A stretch of DNA of 64,000 nt. Source: Trichormus sp. ATA11-4-KO1 (GTDB lineage: Bacteria > Cyanobacteriota > Cyanobacteriia > Cyanobacteriales > Nostocaceae). Shown here piece by piece: positions 30,438 through 41,136 of this stretch (position 1 is the first letter of the stretch; each line of letters opens with the position of its first letter). The stretch spans positions 128,001 to 192,000 of the forward strand of contig JAHHIM010000001.1 of assembly GCA_019358915.1 (NCBI GenBank). The letters run 5' to 3'. Under the pieces are notes generated by a model. That model was given only the letters and a program-made list of their open reading frames with translations. It was not told the DNA's origin and ran no database searches. The position numbers and the translations under genes were made by a program.

Positions 30438-31256
30438 TTGAAGACGCTTATTCATCCAACTGCTGTAATTCATCCTAAATCGGAACTCCACCCTACAGTG
30501 CAAGTCGGTGCCTATGCTGTGATTGGAGCGCATGTCAAAGTCGGCCCGGAAACAATTATTGGCGCTCATGTAGTGCTAGAAGGGCCTTGTGAGATTGGGG
30601 CGCGAAATCAAATTTTTCCAGGTGCAGCTATTGGCATGGAACCCCAGGATCTGAAGTTTGTCGGAGAACCAACCTGGGTCAAAATTGGTGATAATAACTC
30701 AATTCGTGAGTATGTCACGATTAACCGCGCTACTGGTGCTGGTGAAGCTACGATCATTGGCAATAATAATTTATTGATGGCTTATGTACACGTAGCCCAT
30801 AACTGCATAATTGAAGACCATGTAATTATCCCTAACTCAGTAGCTCTGGCAGGTCATGTCCACATAGAGTCACGAGCAAGACTAGGTGGGGTTTTGGGTG
30901 TGCATCAATTTGTACACATTGGTCAACATGCAATGGTAGGGGGTATGGCACGAATTGACCGGGATGTACCTCCTTACATGCTTGTGGAGGGCAATCCAGC
31001 ACGAGTGCGAACCCTGAATTTAGTGGGACTCAAACGTTCTGGGATGACTTCAACCGACCTGCAAATCCTCAAAAAAGCGTTCCGGATTCTTTATCGGTCT
31101 GGTTTAACCTTTAAGGATGCCTTGGAACAGCTTGAACAACTGGGAGACACTGAACAACTGCAAAACCTGCGTCGCTTCCTACTACTGTCTCAAATGCCAG
31201 GAAGACGAGGCTTGATTCCAGGAAGGGGTAAACCAGGCGCGAGTGATGAGTCCTAA
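30438..31256 (+). CDS. lpxA: UDP-GlcNAc O-acyltransferase
   Basis: Hexapeptide repeats, PQDLKF, HVAHNC; TTG start after GGAG. Confidence 0.95.
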   Translation: MKTLIHPTAVIHPKSELHPTVQVGAYAVIGAHVKVGPETIIGAHVVLEGPCEIGARNQIFPGAAIGMEPQDLKFVGEPTWVKIGDNNSIREYVTINRATGAGEATIIGNNNLLMAYVHVAHNCIIEDHVIIPNSVALAGHVHIESRARLGGVLGVHQFVHIGQHAMVGGMARIDRDVPPYMLVEGNPARVRTLNLVGLKRSGMTSTDLQILKKAFRILYRSGLTFKDALEQLEQLGDTEQLQNLRRFLLLSQMPGRRGLIPGRGKPGASDES

Positions 31257-31329
31257 GTTATGTGTTAGGAGTTAGGAGTATAATTTATCTCCTAACTTTT
31301 TAAATTTTTTACTAATTACTAATTTTCAA

Positions 31330-32493
31330 ATGCGGATATTTATCAGCACTGGCGAGGTATCTGGCGATTTGCAAGGGTCGTTGTTGATTGCGGCGATCAA
31401 GCGTCAAGCTGCTGGTTTACAACTAGAAATTGTAGCGCTGGGTGGCGAAAAAATGGCAGCAGAGGGAGCCACTATTCTAGGCAATACCAGTGGAATTGGC
31501 TCAATGGGTCTAGTTGAATCCTTGCCTTATATTTTTCCTACTCTCCAGGTGCAACGGCGAGCGATCGCCTACCTCAAACAAAATCCACCTGACTTAGTGG
31601 TACTAATAGACTATATGGGGCCCAATCTCGGCATTGGCACTTATATGCAAAAGCATTTACCACAAGTGCCTGTAGTGTATTACATTGCTCCTCAAGAGTG
31701 GGTGTGGTCTATGAGTTTACGTAACACCGCCCGGATAGTTAGCTTTACAGATAAACTCTTGGCAATCTTCCCAGAAGAAGCCCGTTATTTTCGCCAGAAA
31801 GGCGCTCAAGTTAGCTGGGTAGGGCATCCGCTCATTGATAGAATGCAGGACGCTCCCAGTCGCCAAGCAGCCCGCGCTCAATTGAAAATTCCACCAGAAC
31901 AAAAGGCGATCGCACTGCTCCCCGCCTCTCGTCCTCAAGAATTAAAATATCTGTTACCAGTAATTTTTCAAGCTGCCCAAACTATTCAAGCTAAATTAGC
32001 GGAAGTTCATTTTTGGATTCCCCTGTCTTTAGAAATCTACAGACAGCCAATTGAAGCAGCAATTAAGCGTTACGGTTTACAGGCTACAGTCGTATCAGGT
32101 CAACAAAAAGAAGTATTTGCCGCAGCTGATTTTGCTATTACCAAATCTGGCACTGTCAATTTAGAACTGGCTTTGTTAAATGTGCCGCAAGTTGTGGTTT
32201 ATCGCCTCAATCCCATCACAGTTTGGATTGCTCGGAAAATTCTCAAAGGTTCTATACCTTTTGCCTCTCCACCTAATTTAGTGGTCATGAAGCCGATTGT
32301 GCCAGAGTTATTACAAGAGCAAGCCACACCAGAAAATATTACCCAAGCGGCGATGGAATTACTGCTAAATCCTGAGCGCCGACAGCAAACTTTAGCAGAT
32401 TATGCACAAATGCGGCAAAATTTGGGAGAAGTAGGAGTATGCGATCGCGTTGCTCAAGAAATTTTGCAAATGCTACCGGGTATTGGGGAATGA
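31330..32493 (+). CDS. lpxB: lipid-A-disaccharide synthase
   Basis: GEVSGDL, VGHPL, LLPASR and KSGTVNLE motifs. Confidence 0.95.
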   Translation: MRIFISTGEVSGDLQGSLLIAAIKRQAAGLQLEIVALGGEKMAAEGATILGNTSGIGSMGLVESLPYIFPTLQVQRRAIAYLKQNPPDLVVLIDYMGPNLGIGTYMQKHLPQVPVVYYIAPQEWVWSMSLRNTARIVSFTDKLLAIFPEEARYFRQKGAQVSWVGHPLIDRMQDAPSRQAARAQLKIPPEQKAIALLPASRPQELKYLLPVIFQAAQTIQAKLAEVHFWIPLSLEIYRQPIEAAIKRYGLQATVVSGQQKEVFAAADFAITKSGTVNLELALLNVPQVVVYRLNPITVWIARKILKGSIPFASPPNLVVMKPIVPELLQEQATPENITQAAMELLLNPERRQQTLADYAQMRQNLGEVGVCDRVAQEILQMLPGIGE

Positions 32494-32604
32494 GGAGTGT
32501 ACTTCGACTGCGCTCAGTAACCGGGGAGTGGGGGGACAAGGGGAAATTACTAAATATTAAGTTCTTTCCCTAATCCCTCTCAACCTAATTCTTTGAGAGG
32601 TGTT

Positions 32605-33870
32605 ATGGCTTATGAGTTGAGAAAACAACGGCCGATCGCAGTTGATTTATTTGCCGGTGCAGGTGGTATGACCCTTGGCTTTGAACAAGCTGGCTTTGAT
32701 GTGTTGGCATCTGTGGAAATTGACCCTATCCATTGTGCAACACATGAGTTTAATTTTCCTTTCTGCTCAGTGTTGTGTAAAAGTGTTGAAGATACCACAG
32801 GAGAGGAAATTCGGCATCGTTCACAGATTGGCGATCGCGAAATTGATGTGGTGCTTTGTGGCTCACCATGTCAAGGCTTTTCGCTCATGGGCAAACGGAT
32901 TTTTGATGACCCGCGAAACTCTTTGGTATTTCACTTTCATCGGTTGGTTTTGCAGCTACAACCGAAATTTTTTGTCATGGAAAATGTCCGGGGTATCACA
33001 GTTGGTAAACACAAACAAATTCTGCAAGCCTTGATTAGCGAGTTTAAAAATAATGGCTATCAGGTAGAAGAAAATTATCAAGTTCTCAACGCTGCCCATT
33101 ATGGAGTTCCACAGTCCCGTGACAGATTATTTCTCTTAGGAGCAAGAGCAGATATAACATTACCTAAATATCCTCAGCCAATTACCAAACCTGCAAAGCC
33201 AAATGCTCTCCAACAGACAAATTCATCTATACTTCCTGATAGCCCAACAGTATGGGAAGCGATCGCAGATTTGCCAGAAGTAGAACAATATTTAGAGCTA
33301 CTAGAGAAGGACTGGGTAGTAGTAGAATATGGCAAGCCTAGTGATTACGCCTGGAAACTTCGCGGTATCAGCACTTTAGCTGATGATTATGCGTATATTC
33401 GCCAATTCGATTCCCGAATTCTCACTTCCAGTCTCCGGACAAAACACTCAACGGCAACTGTTCAACGCTTTGCTAAGACAAGTCAGGGAGAAAGAGAACC
33501 GATTAGTCGTTTCCATAAATTACATCCTGCTGGCGTTTGTAACACTCTACGAGCAGGTACTGATAAATATCGAGGTTCTTTTACCTCTCCTAGACCAATT
33601 CATCCTATTACACCCCGTTGCATCACAGTGAGAGAAGCAGCGAGATTACATTCTTATCCCGACTGGTTCAGATTTCATGTCACCAAATGGCACGGATTCC
33701 GCCAAGTTGGTAACTCTGTACCCCCCCTACTCGCAAAAGCTGTGGCAGCAGAAATTATTCGCAGTTTAAATATTCTACCTTTTAAGCCTAGTTTTCAATA
33801 TCAGTTGGGAACAGAGGCGCTATTAAAACTTACGATGTCGCAAGCAACACAACGTTATAGTAATTCGTAA
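32605..33870 (+). CDS. orphan C5-cytosine DNA methyltransferase, probably the CGATCG (HIP1) type (DmtC/M.Ssp6803I-like)
   Basis: DLFAGAGG, PCQGFS, ENV, Q-R-R, NTLRAGT...PRPIH, GNSVPP. No cognate endonuclease nearby. Specificity inferred from remembered similarity. Confidence 0.85.
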   Translation: MAYELRKQRPIAVDLFAGAGGMTLGFEQAGFDVLASVEIDPIHCATHEFNFPFCSVLCKSVEDTTGEEIRHRSQIGDREIDVVLCGSPCQGFSLMGKRIFDDPRNSLVFHFHRLVLQLQPKFFVMENVRGITVGKHKQILQALISEFKNNGYQVEENYQVLNAAHYGVPQSRDRLFLLGARADITLPKYPQPITKPAKPNALQQTNSSILPDSPTVWEAIADLPEVEQYLELLEKDWVVVEYGKPSDYAWKLRGISTLADDYAYIRQFDSRILTSSLRTKHSTATVQRFAKTSQGEREPISRFHKLHPAGVCNTLRAGTDKYRGSFTSPRPIHPITPRCITVREAARLHSYPDWFRFHVTKWHGFRQVGNSVPPLLAKAVAAEIIRSLNILPFKPSFQYQLGTEALLKLTMSQATQRYSNS

Positions 33871-33893
33871 TTCGTAATTCAGAAGTTTGTTTA

Positions 33894-34847
33894 TTAAGTC
33901 CAGGCGCGAAAGAATGTACTATCTTCCCAGATACTAGCTGTACGTTGAGCGATCGCAGTTAATTCTTGCTCACTTAGAGGCTGAAAAGCACGGGCTATCT
34001 TGACATTACTCTCTAATTGTGCAGTTGTTTCAGCCGCAATCACGCAGCAATGTACCCCTGGTTGAGACATGGCGTATCCTAAAGCTTGTTGCATACCTGT
34101 TAACCCACCGGGTTTAAACAACCGACCATAAGCCGGGACTTTCATGGCAATTACCCCAATATTCTTTTCTTGAGCAACTGGCATGACTACGGGAAGAAAC
34201 GGACGCGGGTGATGTTTGTCGGCGGCATTCACAGGAATTAGTGTAGCGTGAAAGGGATAGCGGCGCAGTCCTTCGGCAATTATTTCTGGGTCATGATGTC
34301 CGGTAATACCTGCGAACTGGACAAGTTTTTGCTGTATGGCTTCTTCCAAGGCTTGAATTGCCCCAGATGCACTAAAGATAGTGTCAAGTTCTTGGTTAAA
34401 AGAAACGTGATGTAACTGCCATAAATCAAGATAATCTGTATTTAGACGTTTAAGCGATCGCTCTAATTCTCGCCATGCACCATCCCGGTCTCTTTTATCA
34501 GTCTTGCTGGCTAGAAACAGCTTTGAGCGATGAGGTCGCAGAACTTTTCCCAAATAATCTTCACTGGGGCCATAACTAGCCGCCGTATCAAAGTAGCGGA
34601 TACCTAGTTCCAAAGCTTTTTGAATAATTGCCTCTGCATCACGTTCTCTACCATTCCAGGATAGGGGTGTTTGTCCTGCTCCTCCTAAACCGAAAATAGG
34701 AAGTTTTACATTTGTGCGTCCTAGTACTCGTTCTGGCATGGTTGCGGTTGGTTTAGCCGCCTGTTGCAAGGCAGTAGTTGCTGTAATACCACCAGCGACA
34801 GCAACAGTGGTAAGTAAAAAATTGCGCCGTGTCTGTTTTTCTGTCAT
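33894..34847 (-). CDS. Tat-exported aldo/keto reductase
   Basis: TRRNFL Tat motif; FDTAASYG; RLNTDYLDLWQLH. Confidence 0.9.
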   Translation of the reverse strand: MTEKQTRRNFLLTTVAVAGGITATTALQQAAKPTATMPERVLGRTNVKLPIFGLGGAGQTPLSWNGRERDAEAIIQKALELGIRYFDTAASYGPSEDYLGKVLRPHRSKLFLASKTDKRDRDGAWRELERSLKRLNTDYLDLWQLHHVSFNQELDTIFSASGAIQALEEAIQQKLVQFAGITGHHDPEIIAEGLRRYPFHATLIPVNAADKHHPRPFLPVVMPVAQEKNIGVIAMKVPAYGRLFKPGGLTGMQQALGYAMSQPGVHCCVIAAETTAQLESNVKIARAFQPLSEQELTAIAQRTASIWEDSTFFRAWT

Positions 34848-35106
34848 GGTCGCTTCAGCGAAATTGCTTCTTTTATGTTAACGAGAGATAGCTTGATAAA
34901 AATGCCCGGCATTTAAAATCTCCTTCCACAAACTACCTTTGAGCCTGGTCGGTTCAAACCCGATTTAATGATCGCCTGTGGACACGAATGAGAGAATCCA
35001 TACTACCCTTAATCCTTAAAGATTTTCTCATTTAGGTATGATTTGGAGAGTAAACGAGGGATAACTAAAGATAGTTCCATTTCAAGTGACTTTTCGTAGT
35101 TGCTAT

Positions 35107-35838
35107 ATGACCTATTGTCTCAGAATTGCCGATATACCCACAAATGAGCGTCCACGTGAGCGTTTAATGACCCACGGTCCCAAAATTTTAGCCACAGCTG
35201 AGTTAATAGCAATTCTCTTAGGCACTGGTCAAGGGCCGGGAAAGCTTTCAGCTGTGGGATTGGGACAGTATCTGTTGCAACAATTGGGTCAACATCAACG
35301 TGACCCATTGGCAGTTCTGCGAGAAGTCACCCCTGCTGAATTAATGCAGATTCCTGGTATTGGCCCAGCGAAGGCAACAACTATCCTAGCAGCGATTGAG
35401 TTGGGCAAACGTACCTTTCAATTTCGTCCTTTAGATAGCACACCAATTGATAATCCAATTGTTGCTGCTGCTGCACTCAGTCAAGACTTAATGTGGCAGA
35501 CACAAGAACGTTTTGCTGTGTTGCTATTAGATGTGAAAAATCACTTGTTAGGAACAAAAATAATTACTATTGGTACTGCGACGGAAACCCTTGCATCTCC
35601 CCGTGAGATTTTTCGGGAAGTCATTCGTCAAGGTGCAACACGGGTAATAGTTGCCCACAATCATCCCTCTGGTAACCTTGAACCCAGCCAGGAAGATCAA
35701 GAATTAACACGCCAGTTATTATTGGGTGCACAGTTTTTGGGCATTCCGTTGTTAGATCATTTAATTTTAGGCAACGGCAATCATCAGAGTTTGCGTGAGA
35801 TTACGACCTTATGGAATGAGTATCCCCAGGGTGATTAA
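35107..35838 (+). CDS. radC: RadC / JAB-domain protein
   Basis: ERPRERL, GIGPAKA, AHNHPSG...D and LLDHLI motifs. Confidence 0.95.
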   Translation: MTYCLRIADIPTNERPRERLMTHGPKILATAELIAILLGTGQGPGKLSAVGLGQYLLQQLGQHQRDPLAVLREVTPAELMQIPGIGPAKATTILAAIELGKRTFQFRPLDSTPIDNPIVAAAALSQDLMWQTQERFAVLLLDVKNHLLGTKIITIGTATETLASPREIFREVIRQGATRVIVAHNHPSGNLEPSQEDQELTRQLLLGAQFLGIPLLDHLILGNGNHQSLREITTLWNEYPQGD

Positions 35839-35849
35839 TCAGGTATTGA

Positions 35850-35960
35850 TTGACGCTCTCCCAACTAGAAGTAAGGAGATTCACAAAGCATTGCTTATCC
35901 CTCATTTGTCACTTTGGGAGAATCCAATCGCTCAAATGGTTACGGTGCTTTAGTTTCCAC
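35850..35960 (-). mobile_element. IS200/IS605-family right-end remnant (tnpB omegaRNA-like 3' end)
   Basis: Minus strand ends GAATCTCCTTACTTCTAGTTGGGAGAGCGTCAA: a subterminal hairpin followed by TCAA. No transposase present. Left boundary uncertain. Confidence 0.5.
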
Positions 35961-36030
35961 TTTTCGTCTATGAATTTTAGTTTCTGTTAGGAAATAAAGC
36001 CTCTTTTCCTTCTGGGCTGACTGATCCGTC

Positions 36031-38514
36031 TTAAGTCAAAATTGCTCCACCCATTAACCGTTCATAGCGATACTTCAACTCTGCTTTCATTAATTGCCAA
36101 CGTTCCAGAGTAGCATCCATTTCTATCACTTTCTCTGCCGCTTGTCTGGCTAACAGTAAAATTTCCTCGTCTTCGACTAAACTTGCTAAAGTAAAATCAG
36201 GTACACCCGATTGACGAGTTCCTAGTACTTCCCCAGGGCCACGAAAACGCATATCCATTTCTGAAATGAAAAAGCCATCTTGAGATTGTTCCAGTACTTT
36301 CAGGCGTTGTTGAGCATCAGGACTGCGAGAACTACTCATTAATAAACAATAAGACTGAGCGGCACCACGTCCAACACGTCCGCGTAATTGGTGGAGTTGA
36401 GATAAGCCAAATCTTTCAGCATTTTCAATGAGCATTACTGTAGCATTAGGTACGTCTACACCCACTTCTACAACTGTAGTAGAAACTAATATTTGCGTTT
36501 GATTGTCGCGGAATTTGGTAATTGCTTCATCTTTATCAGCCGAACTCATCCGACCATGCAGTAATCCTACTTGAAAGTCTGGAAAAATACTTTCTTGTAA
36601 CTTTTGATGTTCCTCTACAGCCGATCGCAAGTCCAATTTTTCTGATTCTTCTACCAGGGGCAAAACTATATAAACTTGTCTTCCTTGAGCAATTTCCCGA
36701 CGCATCAAATCGTAAGCCTGAGGCCGTTGCTGTCCTGTTAATACAGTTGTCTGAATTTTTTGCCTTCCTGGTGGTAATTCATCAATTTGGCTAACATTCA
36801 TATCCCCATGTATAGTTAATGCCAATGTCCGGGGAATGGGGGTAGCTGTCATAGTTAATACATGCGGTTGTTCACCTTTTTGCTGCAATAGCGCTCTTTG
36901 TTTGACACCGAAGCGATGCTGTTCATCAATTACCACTAATCCCAATTGCTGAAAGTTTACAGGGTCTTGAATTAAAGCATGAGTTCCCACTAACAAAGGT
37001 AATTCACCAGTTAGTAGCTGAGAATGTATTTCTCGCCGTTTCGCTGTTTTGGTGGAACCTGTAAGTAATTCCACAGGTAAATGTAACAGATTAAACCAGC
37101 CAACTAACTTACGATAATGCTGTTCTGCCAAAACTTCTGTAGGAGCCATCAAAGCAGCTTGGTAGCCTGATTGAATAGCGGCGAGGATCGCAATTACCGC
37201 CACCACAGTTTTACCTGAACCCACATCGCCCTGTACCAGACGATTCATCGGTGTAGGTTTTTGCAAGTCGTTGAGAATATCGTTAAGAACTCGTTGCTGA
37301 GCGCCAGTGAGTTGAAAAGGCAGGATTTTGGAGAATTGTTCAATTAGCTGACCTTTGGGAGCTAAAATAGCGCTGGTTTGGATAGCCTTGGCTTGCTGTT
37401 GACGTTGCAATAAACCGAGTTGCAGGTAAAAAAATTCATCAAAGACTAAACGACGACGAGCAATTTGTAAGGTAGCACTATCATCAGGAAAATGAATATT
37501 AGCGATCGCATCTTTCAATTCCATCAAATTATACTTTTCCCGCAAACCTCTGGGCAGGGGGTCTTTGAGGTGAATTGTCGCTGGCAAAACGGCAGTTACG
37601 GCTTGTCTCACCATGTTTGCCATCACACCCTCAGTTAAGGCATAAATTGGTACTACTCTACCGATAGTCAACGAATCAATCGTATCGCCTGGATGTGCTA
37701 ACACTTCCAGTTCTGGATTATCCAGAGTCAAGCCGTATTTACTTCCTTTCACCAACCCACAAGCCGCCAAAATGCTACCTACTGGGTAACGACGTTTTAA
37801 ACTCTCCTGCCAAGCACGACTAGTAAAACGCGCACCAGCAGAAAAGCGACTAATTTTAATTTGACCCGTATTATCTTTAAGTATTAATTCTAAAATTGAT
37901 AATTTCTTATTCTTAGGGCTAGTAAAACAATTACAACGCTTTACACTAGCAACTATTGTCACTGTTTCACCAGCTTGCAACTCCCGGATATTCACTTGAC
38001 GGGCATAGTCAATATGATCTCGGGGATAATAAAACAGCAAATCCCGCACAGTGTATACATTCAACGCTGCCAATTTATCAGCCTTGCGGATGCCTATTTC
38101 TGGTAAATCGCTGAGTCTTTGGTCAATGTTTGGCGCCAGTCTCCGGCTCACTTCAGCAACAATAGGCGATTTGGGATTGATGATTTGGGATTGATAAATT
38201 CTTTTTTGCGCCTCTGTGCTTCGGCTCCTCGGCTCCTCTTCCTCTTGCTGTAATTGGTAGAGATACCTACGAGTTTCAGCTACTAAGTGCTGTCTTTCTT
38301 CTAGTTCCAGATGGGGATAATCAGCAAATTGTACCGCTAGTTCTTGCCAACGGCGGCGCTCGATTGGGGGCAAAGCTGTGGGGAATTTACCAAAAGTCAG
38401 GCTGAGAAATTCACTGAAACGGTATTGTTTGCCCACCAAATCCGTAAAGCCTTTATCAGCCTCTATCGCTAAGGCTTTATGCAATCGTATCCAATCTGGT
38501 TTGTCATTATTCAT
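36031..38514 (-). CDS. recG: ATP-dependent DNA helicase RecG
   Basis: QGDVGSGKT, DEQHRFG, MTATPIPR and QLRGRVGRG motifs. Confidence 0.97.
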   Translation of the reverse strand: MNNDKPDWIRLHKALAIEADKGFTDLVGKQYRFSEFLSLTFGKFPTALPPIERRRWQELAVQFADYPHLELEERQHLVAETRRYLYQLQQEEEEPRSRSTEAQKRIYQSQIINPKSPIVAEVSRRLAPNIDQRLSDLPEIGIRKADKLAALNVYTVRDLLFYYPRDHIDYARQVNIRELQAGETVTIVASVKRCNCFTSPKNKKLSILELILKDNTGQIKISRFSAGARFTSRAWQESLKRRYPVGSILAACGLVKGSKYGLTLDNPELEVLAHPGDTIDSLTIGRVVPIYALTEGVMANMVRQAVTAVLPATIHLKDPLPRGLREKYNLMELKDAIANIHFPDDSATLQIARRRLVFDEFFYLQLGLLQRQQQAKAIQTSAILAPKGQLIEQFSKILPFQLTGAQQRVLNDILNDLQKPTPMNRLVQGDVGSGKTVVAVIAILAAIQSGYQAALMAPTEVLAEQHYRKLVGWFNLLHLPVELLTGSTKTAKRREIHSQLLTGELPLLVGTHALIQDPVNFQQLGLVVIDEQHRFGVKQRALLQQKGEQPHVLTMTATPIPRTLALTIHGDMNVSQIDELPPGRQKIQTTVLTGQQRPQAYDLMRREIAQGRQVYIVLPLVEESEKLDLRSAVEEHQKLQESIFPDFQVGLLHGRMSSADKDEAITKFRDNQTQILVSTTVVEVGVDVPNATVMLIENAERFGLSQLHQLRGRVGRGAAQSYCLLMSSSRSPDAQQRLKVLEQSQDGFFISEMDMRFRGPGEVLGTRQSGVPDFTLASLVEDEEILLLARQAAEKVIEMDATLERWQLMKAELKYRYERLMGGAILT

Positions 38515-38589
38515 TGGTTGTTGGGCATTGGGTATTAGAAATTAAATTTTTCTCCTTATCCCCCCATCCCCTTGTCCCCACTCCCCATT

Positions 38590-39432
38590 TTATTCAAACC
38601 AACTAGCACGCCATGCGGCTTCGGCTTCGGCAACTGAGCGTTCTCGTTGCTTTTTCTGATACTCTCGCCCTAGCTTGTTTAGCTGAACTAAAACATTGCG
38701 AATTTGCCTCCGGGCAGATGCAAGGGTCGCGTCGGCAAATTCAATTTCCCCCAATCTGAGGTTAATAGCCATAATTTGCGTCAGGCTTGAGTCTTCTGCA
38801 TCCTGTTCATTTTCAATTTCAATGACCAAGTTTAAGAGGTTGGGTGGTCCTGGCATGACCTCGGCAGATGCTTCTGATACAGCCGCAGCTGCTTCTAAAA
38901 CGGGTTCTGGTAATTTCTTAGGTAAAATACTAGCTTTTTGTAGTAAAAGATTAGCTTCGTGGGAGACATTTTTCAGAACCTGTTGTGTCATCTCTTCCAG
39001 GCTTTGTTGCCACTGTGCTAGTTCTATTGGGTTGGAGGGATCAGGGGTAAAAATTTTGGGAAATGAAGTTATCCGAGGTAAATTAGATGCGTCAGATAAA
39101 AAATATGTGACTACCTGATCTTCTTCATCTTCTTCATCTTCCTGATTGTTCTCACTCTTGATACAAGTAAGTAATAGTTCAGCCGCCTGTTGACCCAAAT
39201 TGCGGATGGCTTGTTGCAATTGTTGGCGCTGATTTAAAGATAAACTCAGGAAGTTTTCGGGATATCCTTGGGTACAAAGATGGTAACTGGCTAAAACCAG
39301 CTGTTTTTGCAAGGCTTGTCCTAAAGTCGTTAAATAACTGGCATAAGCACTGTAGAGTTCTGCTGCGATCGCCTGGATTGCTTCTTGCAGCGCTGCAATA
39401 TCCCGCTCAATTAGGTCAATTGCTCTGGCCAT
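38590..39432 (-). CDS. conserved cyanobacterial hypothetical helical protein
   Basis: 280-aa ORF ending EAEAAWRASWFE, co-oriented directly upstream of recG. Confidence 0.8.
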   Translation of the reverse strand: MARAIDLIERDIAALQEAIQAIAAELYSAYASYLTTLGQALQKQLVLASYHLCTQGYPENFLSLSLNQRQQLQQAIRNLGQQAAELLLTCIKSENNQEDEEDEEDQVVTYFLSDASNLPRITSFPKIFTPDPSNPIELAQWQQSLEEMTQQVLKNVSHEANLLLQKASILPKKLPEPVLEAAAAVSEASAEVMPGPPNLLNLVIEIENEQDAEDSSLTQIMAINLRLGEIEFADATLASARRQIRNVLVQLNKLGREYQKKQRERSVAEAEAAWRASWFE

Positions 39433-39492
39433 ATCTTCTCTTCTTAACTGCCCATCTAATAGCGTTGCGTCGCGTAAGTCATACCTTATTAT

Positions 39493-39506
39493 GGTACAAA
39501 TGTACG
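39493..39506. promoter_or_regulatory. LexA-box-like site upstream of the hypothetical-recG pair
   Basis: GGTACAAATGTACG fits RGTACNNNDGTWCB and abuts a minus-strand CATAAT -10 (39488-39493). Confidence 0.55.
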
Positions 39507-39704
39507 CATCTATTTTAAAAAAATTATCTTCAGGATTTTAGATTTTACGAACTTTTTATATTTACAACGTTTTTCAATCAATTAAACTACACAATGACCT
39601 AACTCGCCACTCCTAACTGTGGTCTATTAATAAAACACAGGCCAGCTGATTTTAACTGACCTGTGATGACAGAAGTGATGAGTTACAAAGCAGACTTCTC
39701 TCTA

Positions 39705-39830
39705 ATATCATGTCCGGTTAATCAAACTAAATAAAAATGTTTGCTTGTAGTCAGGACTTTAGTCCTGTCTGTAGGGACTGAAGTCCCTACTACAAACTGT
39801 TTATTATAGGTGATTTGGCGGACATCATAT
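39705..39830. mobile_element. MITE with internal REP-like hairpins
   Basis: Imperfect TIRs ATATCATGTCCGGTTAATCA / TGATTTGGCGGACATCATAT; internal GTAGT...ACTAC enclosing two hairpins. Confidence 0.7.
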
Positions 39831-39852
39831 AACTCCTAACTTCTTACTAAAG

Positions 39853-40797
39853 TTACTTGCTACCCATTTGTGCGGCAACTTCTTCAGCAAAATTACTTTC
39901 TTGCTTCTCAATGCCTTCACCGAGGATATAGCGCACAAAGCGACTGACTTGGATGTCTTCGCCTAGTTGTCCCTTAACTTGTTTGACCAAGTCTTCCACA
40001 GAGATGCTTTGATCGCGAATGAAAGGTTGATCTAGCAAAGTCAATTCTTTCAGACGTTTTTCAATTCGTCCCTGAACAATCTTTTCTTTGATGTTATCTG
40101 GCTTATTGGCCAAATCATCTCGCCCCATTTCAATGTCTTTTTCTTTTTGGGCGATTTCGGCAGGGATTTGGTCTACACTTACATACTCGACGTTGGGGCA
40201 AGCTGCAACTTGCATAGCAGTGTTCCGTGCCAAGGTTTGAAACTCTTCTTTCCCAGCTGCTGACTCAGTTTGGGCATTCAGTTCTACCAAAACACCAACT
40301 CTACCACCAGTGTGAATGTAACTGTCTACTATACCCTGCTGGCCTTCTGCGAGGGCAAAGTTGATAAAGCGACGCACCTGAATATTTTCACCTAGCTGGG
40401 CAATGGTTTGCTTGATGAACTCTTCTACAGTCGTGCTTTGATCTTCAATGTAGGGTTGAGCCAATAATGACTCAACACTATCAGCCGTCGCTGCTTGCTG
40501 GGCTAGATTCTTGACTAGAGCTTTAAAAGCTTCGTTACGGGCTACAAAATCGGTTTGGCAGTTGACTTCTATGAGTACACCTACCCGACCGCCGGGTTGA
40601 ATGTAGGTATCTACTAGACCCTCTGCCGCAATGCGATCGCTTTTTTTACCCGCCGAGGCGATGCCTTTTTGTCGCAGCCATTCGATAGCTGTTTCTATGT
40701 TGCCATCAGTTTCTTTCAGCGCTTTTTTGCAGTCCATCATGCCTGCACCAGTTTTTTGGCGTAGCTCTTGGACGAGTTTTGCAGATATTTCCGCCAT
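39853..40797 (-). CDS. tsf: elongation factor Ts
   Basis: [16 protein letters not shown] and NCQTDFV motifs. Confidence 0.97.
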   Translation of the reverse strand: MAEISAKLVQELRQKTGAGMMDCKKALKETDGNIETAIEWLRQKGIASAGKKSDRIAAEGLVDTYIQPGGRVGVLIEVNCQTDFVARNEAFKALVKNLAQQAATADSVESLLAQPYIEDQSTTVEEFIKQTIAQLGENIQVRRFINFALAEGQQGIVDSYIHTGGRVGVLVELNAQTESAAGKEEFQTLARNTAMQVAACPNVEYVSVDQIPAEIAQKEKDIEMGRDDLANKPDNIKEKIVQGRIEKRLKELTLLDQPFIRDQSISVEDLVKQVKGQLGEDIQVSRFVRYILGEGIEKQESNFAEEVAAQMGSK

Positions 40798-41136
40798 GTT
40801 GCCTCAATTCCTAACTTGACCTTGAGTTGTAATCGCTCACGGGTGTTGAGTATTTCTATCTTACTCAGGGCTGGGGAAGAAAAAGCGATGAAGTATGAAC
40901 TGTAAAGAATTGAGTATGAAGTGTGAGCTTTTTCGTCTCCATACTCATTGCTAAGTGCAGTACTTAGTATTGAAGTACTTGGTACATACTCCGCACGCCA
41001 GTTACTCCACAGTTGGAAACTAAATGCCCCTTTGGGTGATGCCTCCGCCACACCAAGGGTGGTAAGGCCAAAACAGGGGCTACCTCACTGCATTGCTCCC
41101 ATAGTGGGCGGTCTTTTCATCACCGCACTCTATCAT

